Positions 18,649 through 28,637 of a stretch of 64,000 bases of DNA are shown piece after piece. Position numbers and translations under genes: made by a program. Under the pieces are notes generated by a model. It saw nothing but the letters and a program-made list of their open reading frames with translations. It made no database searches and was not told the DNA's origin. Position 1 is the stretch's first letter; each line of letters begins with the position of its first letter. Origin of the DNA: Candidatus Cloacimonadales bacterium (GTDB taxonomy: Bacteria > Cloacimonadota > Cloacimonadia > Cloacimonadales > JAFGVF01); the NCBI GenBank assembly GCA_963678315.1, contig OY782781.1:2848001-2912000 (forward strand). Reading direction: 5' to 3'.

Positions 18649-18948
18649 TTCTTCATCAGCAATTTAAGATAAATCCTTTTCACCACTACACTTTGATAGA
18701 CTGCTATCAAATAAAAGTCAAAAATACTATAGCAATAATAACTATTTAACTATAGAGTTGAAACTTACCCCTCTTAATCACATCTTCTTAATGCTATCAC
18801 ATAATATATTTATTCAATCTTGCACACTAGCGTCCCATATAGCTCCTTTTTTCATATAGAATTACTAATCAACACTTTAAAGGAGAAAATTTTATGATTA
18901 TTGATATCCGGATAATACTAGATATCAACATAACAGATAAAATACTTC

Positions 18949-18987
18949 TTGACAATTAGCAATAGTGGATTAAACTGCTATATAGTA
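18949..18987 (+). promoter_or_regulatory. Sigma-70 promoter with adjacent operator
   Basis: TTGACA (18949)-16 bp-TAAACT (18971), then TGCTATATAGTA (18976-18987), an 11/12 match to the palindrome at 17425. Confidence 0.65.
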
Positions 18988-19033
18988 GCTAAGCATTTTA
19001 CTACAAAACATCATAAGTCCGGGGAGTGATATT

Positions 19034-22000
19034 ATGTTAAAACTTGTTAATTTTAGAACGAAAAGTACATTACTTTTAATCATTTTTACATTACTATTTT
19101 CATTTCTATTCTCTAGCCCAACAAGCAAGGCAAATCTTGTAAACACTTACAATGATTCGGGGGGATGGAAACTTCAAGTTGATGGCGAAGACTATTTTGT
19201 GAAAGGTATAGTTTGGGGTTATACACCAATCGGAGAAAACTATTCCTACAATCTTTGGGCAAATAACGATGAGCAGATAATGAAAGTATTAGATTATGAA
19301 TGTTCATTAATGCAAAAGGCTGGGATTAATACTATAAGGTCTTTTGGAATGATACCACCTAAATGGGTTACCTATATCTATGATAAGTATGGTATCATGA
19401 CTATTATCAATCATTTAATGGGAAGATATGGCTATAATGTTGCTGGTGTTTGGATACCAAAAACTAATTATGCTGATAAGCTCACCAGAGAAACATTGAC
19501 AAAAGATTTTGTTGATTTAGTTCAACAATATAAAGAAGTTCCTGGTGTTCTTATGTTCGCTTTAGGTAATGAAAGCAATTACGGTTTAGAATGGTCTAGC
19601 TTCGAGATAGAAAATCTTCCTGTTGGGGAACAGCATAAAGAGAAAGCTAAATCTCTCTATAGTCTTTTCAATGACGTAATTGTAGAAGCTAAGAAAGTAA
19701 ACTCTAATCACCCATATATTATAGTTAATGGAGATATTCAGTATCTTGATTTGATAGTTGATTTATGTCCTGATTTAGATATTCTTGGGGTCAATGCTTA
19801 TCGTGGAATTAGCTTTACTGATATGTGGCAAAGAGTTGATGCAGAAGCAAATCTACCTATACTTTTAACAGAATTTGGTTCTGATGCTTTCAATGCACTT
19901 ACTTTTGCAGAAGACCAAGATGGTCAAGCAGAGATTGTTAAAGGTAATTGGGTTGAAATATACAACAAGTCTTATGATAAAGATGAAGAAGGGAATGCTC
20001 TTGGTGGCTGTCTTTTTGAATGGCGTGACGAGTGGTGGAAATACCTACAGGTTGAAAACCTTGATGTTCAAGACAATCATGCATCATGGAGTAATGGTGG
20101 TTACTATTTTGACTATAGACAAGGTGTCAACAACATGAATGAAGAGTGGTTTGGTATTTGTGGATTGGCTGGTCCAAATGATGATGGCGTGTTTGAAGCA
20201 ATCCCTAGAACTGCTTATGATGTTATGACAGCTATGTGGAAAATAGATCCATATAAGACTTCAAAAACAGATATGAATCACTATTTTGACAAGCTAGATA
20301 TGAAAGTTTACTCTCTCGGTGGACAAGTTACTAAATTGCTTTCAGAAAGTAAAAAGAATAAGTATTTTTATCTAAAAGGTGGAAGTTTAGAAGGAGACAT
20401 GGTATTCAACGGTCTCTCAGAAGACATCGAAAATGATGGTAAGGATGGTCTTAACTTCTCCAATGGTGAAATGCTTTACTTAGATTTCGGATTCCAACCA
20501 ACCAGCCGAATAAATGGTGAGTTTACTCTTAATATTCTTGGTAATGTAGTCGATAAACCTATGGATGAATATTATGGCAAACGTGGTTTAGCTTATAATA
20601 CTGTTGTTTCTGAATTAGACGACAATAATTTACCAGTCTTATCTGAGCAAGAAGTTACAGACAATGAAAGAGTGGAGATATATAGTTTTAAGGCTCACTA
20701 TCATAATGACAATTATGATTTAACAGCTTTCTATCATGTTCCTAGATATCATTGGGGATATGATGGGGACTTCTTTGGATTAATGTGGGAAGCTACAGAT
20801 ATGGAAGGAATGGATATTTGGAATGCTAAAGCTCCTTATGGAATGGAATTCGAAGGAAAAAAAGGACTTTCTGGATTAACTGTAGTTGCTGGACCTGAAG
20901 TTTACTGGGGAGCTAACCCAAAAGCAATCGTAAAATATAACTTTGGTAGCGATAGATTTAAATACACTTTCGTTCATTCTGAAGACTTTACCCAGGCTGA
21001 AGCTTCTTCAACTGCTACAGAAGCTACTGACAAAGCAACCAGACAAACAGCCTTATCATTAGAAACTAATGTCATCCCAAGAACAAAGATTGAATTGGGT
21101 TATCTCTTCTCAGGTAGTGAAAAGATAGATGATGAATTTTACTATTATGATGATGAAATGCTTTATCAAGATAAGATTGACATAGAGGATACTCAAGCAT
21201 TTAAAGCTAAGATTACTTTCACTGCACCATGGGCAATAGTCTTAGATGCCTCATTTAACTATGCAGGTTTAGTAGCTAATTCAGGTTCCCCTTTACGTGA
21301 ATTCGACACTGAAATGCCATATTCTTCCTTAGGTAATAAAATGGTATATGAAGCAGGTTTAATAGTTCCTATCGGCAACTTCTTCCTTCTTCCAAGAGCT
21401 ATGTATAGAGAGAATTTAATCGAAGCTAACCCAACTATTGAGGCTACATCAAATGCCTTAGATATATTCCCAGGTCTTACCCCAAGAAACCTTGAGTCTG
21501 ATCCATTTGCTGTTCTTGACAATAGAAAAGCACAGTCAGCAGAATTTTTCTTCTCATACGACCCAACTCCTGCAAGTTCTTTTTATGCTTGGGACTACGA
21601 GAAACGTGAAGATGCAAGCTTAGCTTTTAGTTTAGGTGGTAATTACACTAAGTATGAAACAGAAACAGATGCAAACCTCTTCTACTATCAAGAAGGTGGC
21701 TTTAATGCTCCATTTGGTGCTGGACTTCCTGCCGATGAAGTATGGTTAGGAAAGCTTAAAATGGTTATAAATCCTACAGCTAATGTTAGGTTAATCACTA
21801 ATATTAGCGCTGGAAAACAACAATCTTCTGGAACTCCGGAAGGAGAAGCTGCAGAATTTAGTGAAGTATCATCAAAACTAATCTTATCAAAGAAACACTA
21901 TCTAGAAGCTTATGTTAAAAAAGATGCCTGGGGACCACTTGATTGGTACAGACAGTTTAACATCACCTTCCCTTATCAATATATGTTAGACTATTCCTAC

Positions 22001-22156
22001 TTGATAGATAATCTACTTAGTGATACTTCCTCAAGTAGAATCGGATTTAGAGCTATCATGCGTGAACTCAATTCTGATTCTCCAACAAACGAAGGATTAG
22101 ATGTTCCAAGTGATTATGAGTTCCAAGCAGGAATTTACTACAAAATGGCATTTTAA
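19034..22156 (+). CDS. Clan GH-A TIM-barrel glycosidase (GH2/GH158-like) fused to a probable outer-membrane beta-barrel
   Basis: Signal peptide; ALGNESNYG and LLTEFGSD catalytic Glu motifs, FEWRDEWWK; C-terminal ~600 aa with alternating aromatic/hydrophobic strands ending QAGIYYKMAF. Confidence 0.7.
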   Translation: MLKLVNFRTKSTLLLIIFTLLFSFLFSSPTSKANLVNTYNDSGGWKLQVDGEDYFVKGIVWGYTPIGENYSYNLWANNDEQIMKVLDYECSLMQKAGINTIRSFGMIPPKWVTYIYDKYGIMTIINHLMGRYGYNVAGVWIPKTNYADKLTRETLTKDFVDLVQQYKEVPGVLMFALGNESNYGLEWSSFEIENLPVGEQHKEKAKSLYSLFNDVIVEAKKVNSNHPYIIVNGDIQYLDLIVDLCPDLDILGVNAYRGISFTDMWQRVDAEANLPILLTEFGSDAFNALTFAEDQDGQAEIVKGNWVEIYNKSYDKDEEGNALGGCLFEWRDEWWKYLQVENLDVQDNHASWSNGGYYFDYRQGVNNMNEEWFGICGLAGPNDDGVFEAIPRTAYDVMTAMWKIDPYKTSKTDMNHYFDKLDMKVYSLGGQVTKLLSESKKNKYFYLKGGSLEGDMVFNGLSEDIENDGKDGLNFSNGEMLYLDFGFQPTSRINGEFTLNILGNVVDKPMDEYYGKRGLAYNTVVSELDDNNLPVLSEQEVTDNERVEIYSFKAHYHNDNYDLTAFYHVPRYHWGYDGDFFGLMWEATDMEGMDIWNAKAPYGMEFEGKKGLSGLTVVAGPEVYWGANPKAIVKYNFGSDRFKYTFVHSEDFTQAEASSTATEATDKATRQTALSLETNVIPRTKIELGYLFSGSEKIDDEFYYYDDEMLYQDKIDIEDTQAFKAKITFTAPWAIVLDASFNYAGLVANSGSPLREFDTEMPYSSLGNKMVYEAGLIVPIGNFFLLPRAMYRENLIEANPTIEATSNALDIFPGLTPRNLESDPFAVLDNRKAQSAEFFFSYDPTPASSFYAWDYEKREDASLAFSLGGNYTKYETETDANLFYYQEGGFNAPFGAGLPADEVWLGKLKMVINPTANVRLITNISAGKQQSSGTPEGEAAEFSEVSSKLILSKKHYLEAYVKKDAWGPLDWYRQFNITFPYQYMLDYSYLIDNLLSDTSSSRIGFRAIMRELNSDSPTNEGLDVPSDYEFQAGIYYKMAF

Positions 22157-22167
22157 GGACTACTATT

Positions 22168-22779
22168 ATGAAAAAAATACTTATAATATTTATAACTTTA
22201 TTAATTATCGTTGCTTGTGAAGTTAAAGAAGGAAATCAGATTACTGGTCTTGATTTACCTCTTGATAATGAACTGGTTCTTTATGGAGAAAATGAAGGTA
22301 TTTATCCTAGTACTTCTATCTTAGATAACGAGAATAACCCTTATGCTAATGCAAATATCTCAGCTGAACAAGCTTGGGATTTCTTGGAAGACTGCCCTTC
22401 TCCTAAAGCAAAGTTCTACCTTTGGGGAACAATGCTAGCTAAAATATCAACTGGTGAATATCAGTATTTTACAGCTCAAGCTCTCCATGAGCTATATACA
22501 GTTAGTGGTAGCCAAAACGCTAAAGAACAAGCTAAAAAAGCTTACCGTTCTGTACTAGACAACTTCTTCACATCTACTACTTGGTATGAAGCCTGGTGGA
22601 TTCAAGAAGAAACAGTCTATGCTGTAGAATTAAATAATCTAGTTGGACAAAGCATGTATGACCCAACAGAATTAAATCTACTACCACTTTATAATGATCC
22701 TGTCTTAGCACTTCAAGATTTATCTTTATGGGGCTATGTTTATGATCCAGAAACAAAAACCATTTCAAGAATAAATTAA
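22168..22779 (+). CDS. Lipoprotein of unknown function, co-transcribed with the GH-barrel gene
   Basis: MKKILII...IVAC lipobox; 11-bp gap from the upstream gene; helical aromatic-rich segment. Confidence 0.7.
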   Translation: MKKILIIFITLLIIVACEVKEGNQITGLDLPLDNELVLYGENEGIYPSTSILDNENNPYANANISAEQAWDFLEDCPSPKAKFYLWGTMLAKISTGEYQYFTAQALHELYTVSGSQNAKEQAKKAYRSVLDNFFTSTTWYEAWWIQEETVYAVELNNLVGQSMYDPTELNLLPLYNDPVLALQDLSLWGYVYDPETKTISRIN

Positions 22780-22819
22780 TAGCTAAAAGATTAGACTTGT
22801 AATCTTAAATCTTGCTTTA

Positions 22820-22982
22820 ACCCATTTGATGCAGTAGGCTTCTCGTGAAGAGTGCAGATTATTTCAGCAAAATAAGTTACAGAATCGAAGTTTGAATAAT
22901 ATATATTCTAGCTGAGATTATGGAAGTTATTCTTGCCAAATAATATAGTACTATTCTAGAAGTTCTACTGTATTAGATGGGT
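22820..22982 (+). repeat. 163-bp stem-loop repeat (MITE-like), copy 1, empty
   Basis: ACCC...GGGT ends with a 19-bp terminal stem, TTA on both flanks; aligns end to end with the reverse complement of 28638-28830. Confidence 0.85.
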
Positions 22983-23118
22983 TTAATATTAAGCGCTTCC
23001 TGCATCAAATAACAAATTAATGCAGGAGGAGCAAGGGCGCATAGGCAGTATTGAGTGGGTAGTAGGACTTCAAGTTGCTAGATTTCTAATAGCATTCGAG
23101 TCAGATGCTATCCATAAA

Positions 23119-23203
23119 AACCCCGAAGGGGTGGTATGTATTAGCATTGGGTCTTGTACCCCATGTAAATATGAAATAAAATCCAGCCCTAAAAGGGCGA
23201 CAT
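23119..23203. repeat. REP-like palindrome cluster
   Basis: ACCCCGAAGGGGT and GCCCTAAAAGGGC mini-hairpins; same style as 38743-39110. Confidence 0.55.
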
Positions 23204-23300
23204 AAAGAGTAAAGAACAACCGTTAATCTAGAAGTTAGGAGTTTTAGTAATACTAGTTTATCCCAAGAATAATTTTTTTAGTTTCTTCTATTTTTGATAT

Positions 23301-23328
23301 AAAAAAAGGCTGACACTTGGTCAGCCCT
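23301..23328 (-). terminator. Rho-independent terminator after the C25 peptidase gene
   Basis: GGCTGAC/GTCAGCC stem plus T7 on the minus strand. Confidence 0.8.
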
Positions 23329-23394
23329 TCATTAATATTCAATTATGAATTACCTGCCTGTCGACAGACAAGTCAATTATTCATTAATATGATA

Positions 23395-25845
23395 TTACTT
23401 CAAGAGTAACAGTTTTTTTCTAAATGAATACTTATATGTCTTGATGTCTAAGAAATAAATAGCAGAAGATACTTCTTCATTATTATCATTTACACCATTC
23501 CAATGAACTGTGTGCTTGCCTACTTGGCACTCCTCATCTATCAATGTTCTAACTTTCTGACCTTTGATGTTATATATTTTGGCACAAACATTACTTTTTT
23601 TATCTAAGCAAAATGAAATACTAGTTGTTGGATTAAATGGGTTAGGATAAACTTGAACATTCAGTTGGGCTGGGATAGAATCATCAGCATTGCTAGTTAT
23701 ATTGACATCAAGTTCACTAAAATGGAAAGCTTCTTTGCAGTTACTATCCTCGAGCCTGTTGAGAATCACATGATTACCATTATTTAATGGAATATTAAAT
23801 TGAGAAGATACAATCTCATCACTCACTAAGCTAGAATATTCGTCCATCCAGAAGGTTTCCCAATAATAATCTGTCTCAATATCATAGCTATTCATAATAT
23901 ATTCAGTTTCAGTATTAACATTATAAATTGGACCATTAGAAGATGTTACAGAAGCTATTTGACCAATGTAACCATGAGTATCACTTCCTTCTAGTATTAT
24001 TCTTGGAACATTGTCTTGTTCGATGAAATTCGGTTTAGCTGGCAATATAAGACCAGCATCAGTAAGAGCAACAAACCTAAAATAGCCTGCTTGAATAAAT
24101 GTGTTCCCCATGTCTTGACTTGCAAGATACTTGATTTTGGCTTCTCTATATAAATCTCCCATCGTAGGATTTTCTAATTCTCTATAAGCCTCTAAATAGT
24201 AGTATATCAAAGCAAAAGTATCATTCACCCCAATATAGCTTATATTACCATGATCAACGTTGTAATCACTCATCCCATAATTTGATCTAGAACCACCAAT
24301 ATAGGCTATAGCTCCACCTTTTGAACGTATCAAGGCTTCACCAAATGATTCCCCTGCCCAATCTCCGTGATATATTTCAGTATCATAAGCTCCATTTCTA
24401 CAAGCTACTGATAGAAATATCGGTAAGCGATCTTTACTAGGATAGGATTGAACGTCCTCTACACTAATTGCTGAATTATCATCAAAATGAACAGCACCAC
24501 CAGAACCATGGGAAACATGCATCTGCCACAAAAAGTCATCATTCTTTAAATGATTAGTCATATCGCTCTCTGTAAAGTTGCCCTTAGTTTCATAGAATTT
24601 GTCAATATTATAACCAGAGAGTAAATCATCGCATATTACTTGGTTTGACATTAGCTCTCCACAGAAATAAGGTAATCCAAACGGAATACCTCCTGCTACT
24701 GCAGCATTGTACACCCAGGAAGAATCCCAAGAATCAACCCATCTTATCATCTTATGGTAATAATTACTTAACTCTTGCAAGGAAGACACGGTTACTCTAC
24801 TTGTTCCAAAATTATCTACCAGGTCATAATCTGGTGACGAATAATAGTGGTCAGAAGGAATCCAACCATCATATTCCATATCTTCAAAAGGTACAAGATA
24901 AGGGTAATAAAAGTAGTATGAAGGAGGAAGTATATGCCCTGAACCAAGCAATGTTACATTCTCTAAATATGGATGCTTACTATTATCTCTTAAGTAGGCA
25001 ATAATCTTTTTAGCTAATGAAAAATCATAGTTTTCTATATTTTGGTTTTCGGTATTTGCTATTCCAGTTAATTGAGGGTTTTCAACTTCTTCATAGCTAG
25101 AACTAATATCTTCTAAAGTTATGACATCAGTAGCAATACCATTATTACCATGAAAAGTAGCTATTGAATCTGCCACTAATGCCCATGCTTCCGGACAAAT
25201 TAAAAGATGTGATGCATTAGTCGAAGGTATATCTCTAGTATTAGTAAATTTACAGTTCTGTTTTCTTTGACCATAAATCTTGATCTTGTAATCTTTCAAT
25301 AAATAGATTTTTTGATTTTCCTGAACCCATTGAAGAGGCCTTAACTGTATAAATACTTTAGTTTCTTTCCCATCAAAACCTACACTATAACTAAACCACT
25401 TACCAGGACTAACTTCATCTGCTGATTTTGAAGCTATCATTGAAGTTGAAACTCTATTCTTCCACTTTACTTGCCTCAAGTTTATAGCTAATTTGTCTTC
25501 TAATTTTGTTTGTAAGATAGTTTGTTCAAGTAGTTCTAAACCTGTAATATCATAGTTTCCTTTAAAAGTCAAAGATATTTGCTTCTGTGGTAAGGCAGGG
25601 TTATTTGCTATTGCCTTATTCTGTAATCCTTCAAGTTTAACAACTAAACCATTTGAAGATTCTCTTACCGATAAATCCCCAAATTCTCCTGATAACTCTT
25701 TTATAGTCCCACTCCGTTCCCCTACTAAGCTTCCTATTACTAGCTCATCTGATGATTCCTCAACCTTAGTCATTTCTAAATAGTCAGCCCCAAATAAACT
25801 CATCCCCAACAAAAAAAACATGAATAATAACATTTTTCTATACAT
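23395..25845 (-). CDS. Secreted gingipain-like C25 cysteine peptidase with propeptide and C-terminal sorting domain
   Basis: Signal peptide; NPALP propeptide motif; SDHYY, SHGSG (catalytic His), SVAC (catalytic Cys), GGAIAYIG; VYPNPFNPTT tail. Confidence 0.82.
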   Translation of the reverse strand: MYRKMLLFMFFLLGMSLFGADYLEMTKVEESSDELVIGSLVGERSGTIKELSGEFGDLSVRESSNGLVVKLEGLQNKAIANNPALPQKQISLTFKGNYDITGLELLEQTILQTKLEDKLAINLRQVKWKNRVSTSMIASKSADEVSPGKWFSYSVGFDGKETKVFIQLRPLQWVQENQKIYLLKDYKIKIYGQRKQNCKFTNTRDIPSTNASHLLICPEAWALVADSIATFHGNNGIATDVITLEDISSSYEEVENPQLTGIANTENQNIENYDFSLAKKIIAYLRDNSKHPYLENVTLLGSGHILPPSYYFYYPYLVPFEDMEYDGWIPSDHYYSSPDYDLVDNFGTSRVTVSSLQELSNYYHKMIRWVDSWDSSWVYNAAVAGGIPFGLPYFCGELMSNQVICDDLLSGYNIDKFYETKGNFTESDMTNHLKNDDFLWQMHVSHGSGGAVHFDDNSAISVEDVQSYPSKDRLPIFLSVACRNGAYDTEIYHGDWAGESFGEALIRSKGGAIAYIGGSRSNYGMSDYNVDHGNISYIGVNDTFALIYYYLEAYRELENPTMGDLYREAKIKYLASQDMGNTFIQAGYFRFVALTDAGLILPAKPNFIEQDNVPRIILEGSDTHGYIGQIASVTSSNGPIYNVNTETEYIMNSYDIETDYYWETFWMDEYSSLVSDEIVSSQFNIPLNNGNHVILNRLEDSNCKEAFHFSELDVNITSNADDSIPAQLNVQVYPNPFNPTTSISFCLDKKSNVCAKIYNIKGQKVRTLIDEECQVGKHTVHWNGVNDNNEEVSSAIYFLDIKTYKYSFRKKLLLLK

Positions 25846-26067
25846 GCCATTTCTCCTTTTCCAAAACTTAGCTTACAATAGCATATTTAAGATGTAAAGG
25901 CAAGAAAATTCTTATGAGTAGTTATAATTGTGATCTGAACGGTTGATTTCTGTTAATCTATCATGAAGTAATCACATAATTAAACTTGTATAATATTTAC
26001 GGTATTTCTTTTTCCTTGCCAAATTATCTATTCATATTAGTTTTAAAAGAAAACTAAAGGAATTAGA

Positions 26068-26667
26068 ATGTCTTTTTTAGATAGTCCTGATATGGCATAC
26101 TTATTGCCAATAATAATATTCTTATCAAGAATTGTTGATGTTTCACTGGGAACACTTAGAATTATATTTGTTAATCGTGGTATGCGTTACATTGCCCCTG
26201 TTATAGGGTTTTTTGAAGTGCTAATATGGTTAATTGTTATTGGCCAGATTATGCAAAGAATTTCTAGTCCAATTAATTACATTTCTTATGCAGCTGGCTT
26301 TGCTGCAGGTAATTATATAGGTATTTTGCTAGAATCTAAGTTAGCAGTTGGACTTACCATGCTAAGAATCATTACTAGAACTAGAGCTAAAGAACTTATT
26401 GTCTCACTCAGAGAAATGGGATATCGTGTTACTCATGTTCCAGCTGAAGCGAACTCTGGTAAAGTACAAGTTATCTTCTTACCAACAAGAAGAAAAGAAA
26501 TTCCTAAACTAATAAATATTGTTCAAGCATATAACCCTAATGCTCTTTATACTATTGAAGATATGCGTTCAGTTTCTATGTGGTCTATACCAGGGACCCA
26601 ATTAAATACCAACAGAAGAGACAGACCTTATTGGAGACTTTATAGGTTTAAAAGAAAAGGGAAGTAG
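26068..26667 (+). CDS. DUF2179/UPF0316 family membrane protein
   Basis: RIVDVSLGTLRI, GFFEVLIW, YAAGFAAGNYIG motifs. Confidence 0.85.
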   Translation: MSFLDSPDMAYLLPIIIFLSRIVDVSLGTLRIIFVNRGMRYIAPVIGFFEVLIWLIVIGQIMQRISSPINYISYAAGFAAGNYIGILLESKLAVGLTMLRIITRTRAKELIVSLREMGYRVTHVPAEANSGKVQVIFLPTRRKEIPKLINIVQAYNPNALYTIEDMRSVSMWSIPGTQLNTNRRDRPYWRLYRFKRKGK

Positions 26668-26688
26668 ATATTCTCTTTAGCCCTACTT

Positions 26689-26723
26689 CTACCTTTAAGA
26701 AATAGGCTTTTTCTTAAAGGTAG
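26689..26723. terminator. Perfect 14-bp hairpin after the DUF2179 gene, next to the intron 3' end
   Basis: CTACCTTTAAGAAA / TTTCTTAAAGGTAG. Confidence 0.55.
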
Positions 26724-26730
26724 AGTTAAA

Positions 26731-28637
26731 GTAGAGTAGAGACAGGTTTTCACCTGCCCCCCTCTTCAAACCGTGCATGCGGTTTTCCCGCACACGGCTT
26801 ACCGACAAAGTTCTTTCTAAGCTTTCACAAGTTTGTCAGGGTGTTCTGTATGCTAAGTTATATAGACCATAATACCTAATTAACTTGGCATGAGCATTTT
26901 GACGATAAAGCTTACAGCTCTTCTGACTCTTGCGTTTGTAATACCTCTTTAAACTAAAAAAGAGATATGTATTAACACTATCTTTGGCTTTAGCTGGGTA
27001 GCTTACTTTTGGTATTGTGAAGTAGTTAACCCAACCTCTTAATATGGGATTGAGTTTCTTTACTAAAGTATAATTAGATGAGTGTCCATTATTCATAAGA
27101 CAATGTTTTATATTTGCCTTGAACTTTTTGACACTCTTTTTACTTGGAATAACATTCCAGTAATAACCATACCAATTGTAAAAAGATTTATCAAACCTAA
27201 AAGTAAAACCTAAAAAGTCAAAGGATAGCTTTGTTGCATTCAAGTGTTTCGTTTTTTCCATGTTAATGGTTAATTCCATTTTCTCTAGTATTCTGTGTAA
27301 ATACGATAAGCATTCTTTAGGTATTTTATTTCCCATTAGGATAAAGTCATCAGCATAACGAACTATTTTTATGCCTCTTTTAGCGAAAAAATCCATCTTC
27401 TCTATTGACAGCTTTATCAACAAGATTTAAGTATATATTTGCTAGTAAAGGAGAAATAACGCCTCCTTGAGGTGTTCCCTTTTTACTCTTGTGCAATTTA
27501 TTCTTTTCAAAGTATGGTGCTTTTAACCACATTTTAATAAGTTTTAATACTCTTTTATCTGTTATTCTTCTTTCAACAAGATACATCAGTTTATCGTGTG
27601 GAATATTATCGAAATAACCTGATAAATCAGCATCATATACTTCTGTTTTTCCAGCCTTTAGATTAGACTTAATTTCCTTTATAGCTCCATGTGCTGAACG
27701 CTTTGGTCTGAAACCATGAGAACAATCTTCAAAGTCTGCTTCAAAGATTGGTTCTATTATTAGTTTACAACACATCTGAACAACTCTATCTTTGATAGTT
27801 GGAATTCCTAATGGTCTCATTTTACCATTTGCTTTTGGAATATATACTCGAAGTATTGGAGATGGTTTATAAGTTGCATCTTTTAGTTCTTGTTGAATTT
27901 CAAAGAGAAAGTCTGTTACTCCATATTCTTCAATATCAGAGAAACTCTTCTTATCATATCCTGCAATCCCATTGTTCAACTTCACCCTTCTCCAAGCTTC
28001 TGTTAGAAAATATCCCACTGTTAACTTATCATACAATACATAAAAACGAAAATCCTTTTCATGTTTGGCTTTAGAATATAATTTACGTTGAAAAATTCGA
28101 ACTCTTTCTTCAGCTGTTAAATCAGCCTTTCGTTTGCTTGTTAGATTTTCATCAATCACAACTTTCTCCTTATCTTGTAAATTTCTTTGAAGTAATGCCC
28201 CTTCGCTACTTTTGAGTTATGTTGTCTCAAATATCATCACTACTATGGGCATCTCCGACTGCCTAAATAACTGGATTTCACTTCGACACCGTCTTATAGA
28301 AATCCATTTAGGGTTGTCACCTCTTATTAAATAGGCTCTCTCACGTTTAATGTGCAATCGTTTATAAGCACGCCACCAGTTATAACTCCGGTAATCTTTG
28401 ATAGTGCATACTTCTGTTTCTTCCTATCAAATAGCAGGTTTCATCCTCTGGGAAAGATTAACCGATTACAATTGCCTAACGAAGCTACCTGTTCGCTTAC
28501 GCTACGGCTTACTTACCGATTCAAAGAGCTTCAAACTAAACATTACTGTATTAGTTTGTCTTTTTCACTTCTGGTTGAACAGAAAATTAACCAGACTGGA
28601 TTTTCACCAGTTGACGGCACACCACCTCGTGACGCAC
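26731..28637 (-). mobile_element. Group II intron (1907 nt), RT/maturase without endonuclease domain
   Basis: 5' GTGCG at 28637; domain V AAGCCGTGTGCGGGAAAACCGCATGCACGGTTT and domain VI ending CTCTACTCTAC at 26731; removing it restores the end of the 163-bp repeat. Confidence 0.92.
26836..28159 (-). pseudogene. ltrA: Group II intron reverse transcriptase/maturase, split by a one-base frameshift
   Basis: RPLGIPTIKDRV, GFRPKRS, GTPQGGVISPLLANIYL in the first ORF; RYADDF, FDFLGF, LNPILRGWVNYF in the second; frames join if one base of the 6-nt run at 27386-27391 is removed. Confidence 0.88.

Noticed and set aside
22820..22982. 163-bp repeat as an integron attC site (AAC...GTT ends, intron at G|TT)
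   Set aside because: The flanks do not fit RYYYAAC/GTTRRRY, the would-be unpaired spacer is paired, the better-folding strand is the sense strand of the upstream gene, and there is no integrase or cassette array.
23020..23205. 61-aa ORF
   Set aside because: Made of REP-like palindromes; no RBS or recognisable protein features.
26836..28159. RT as a retron, DGR or defence-associated RT
   Set aside because: Clear group II intron boundaries (GTGCG, domains V/VI, terminal AC) and a maturase X domain; no TR/VR pair or msr-msd seen.
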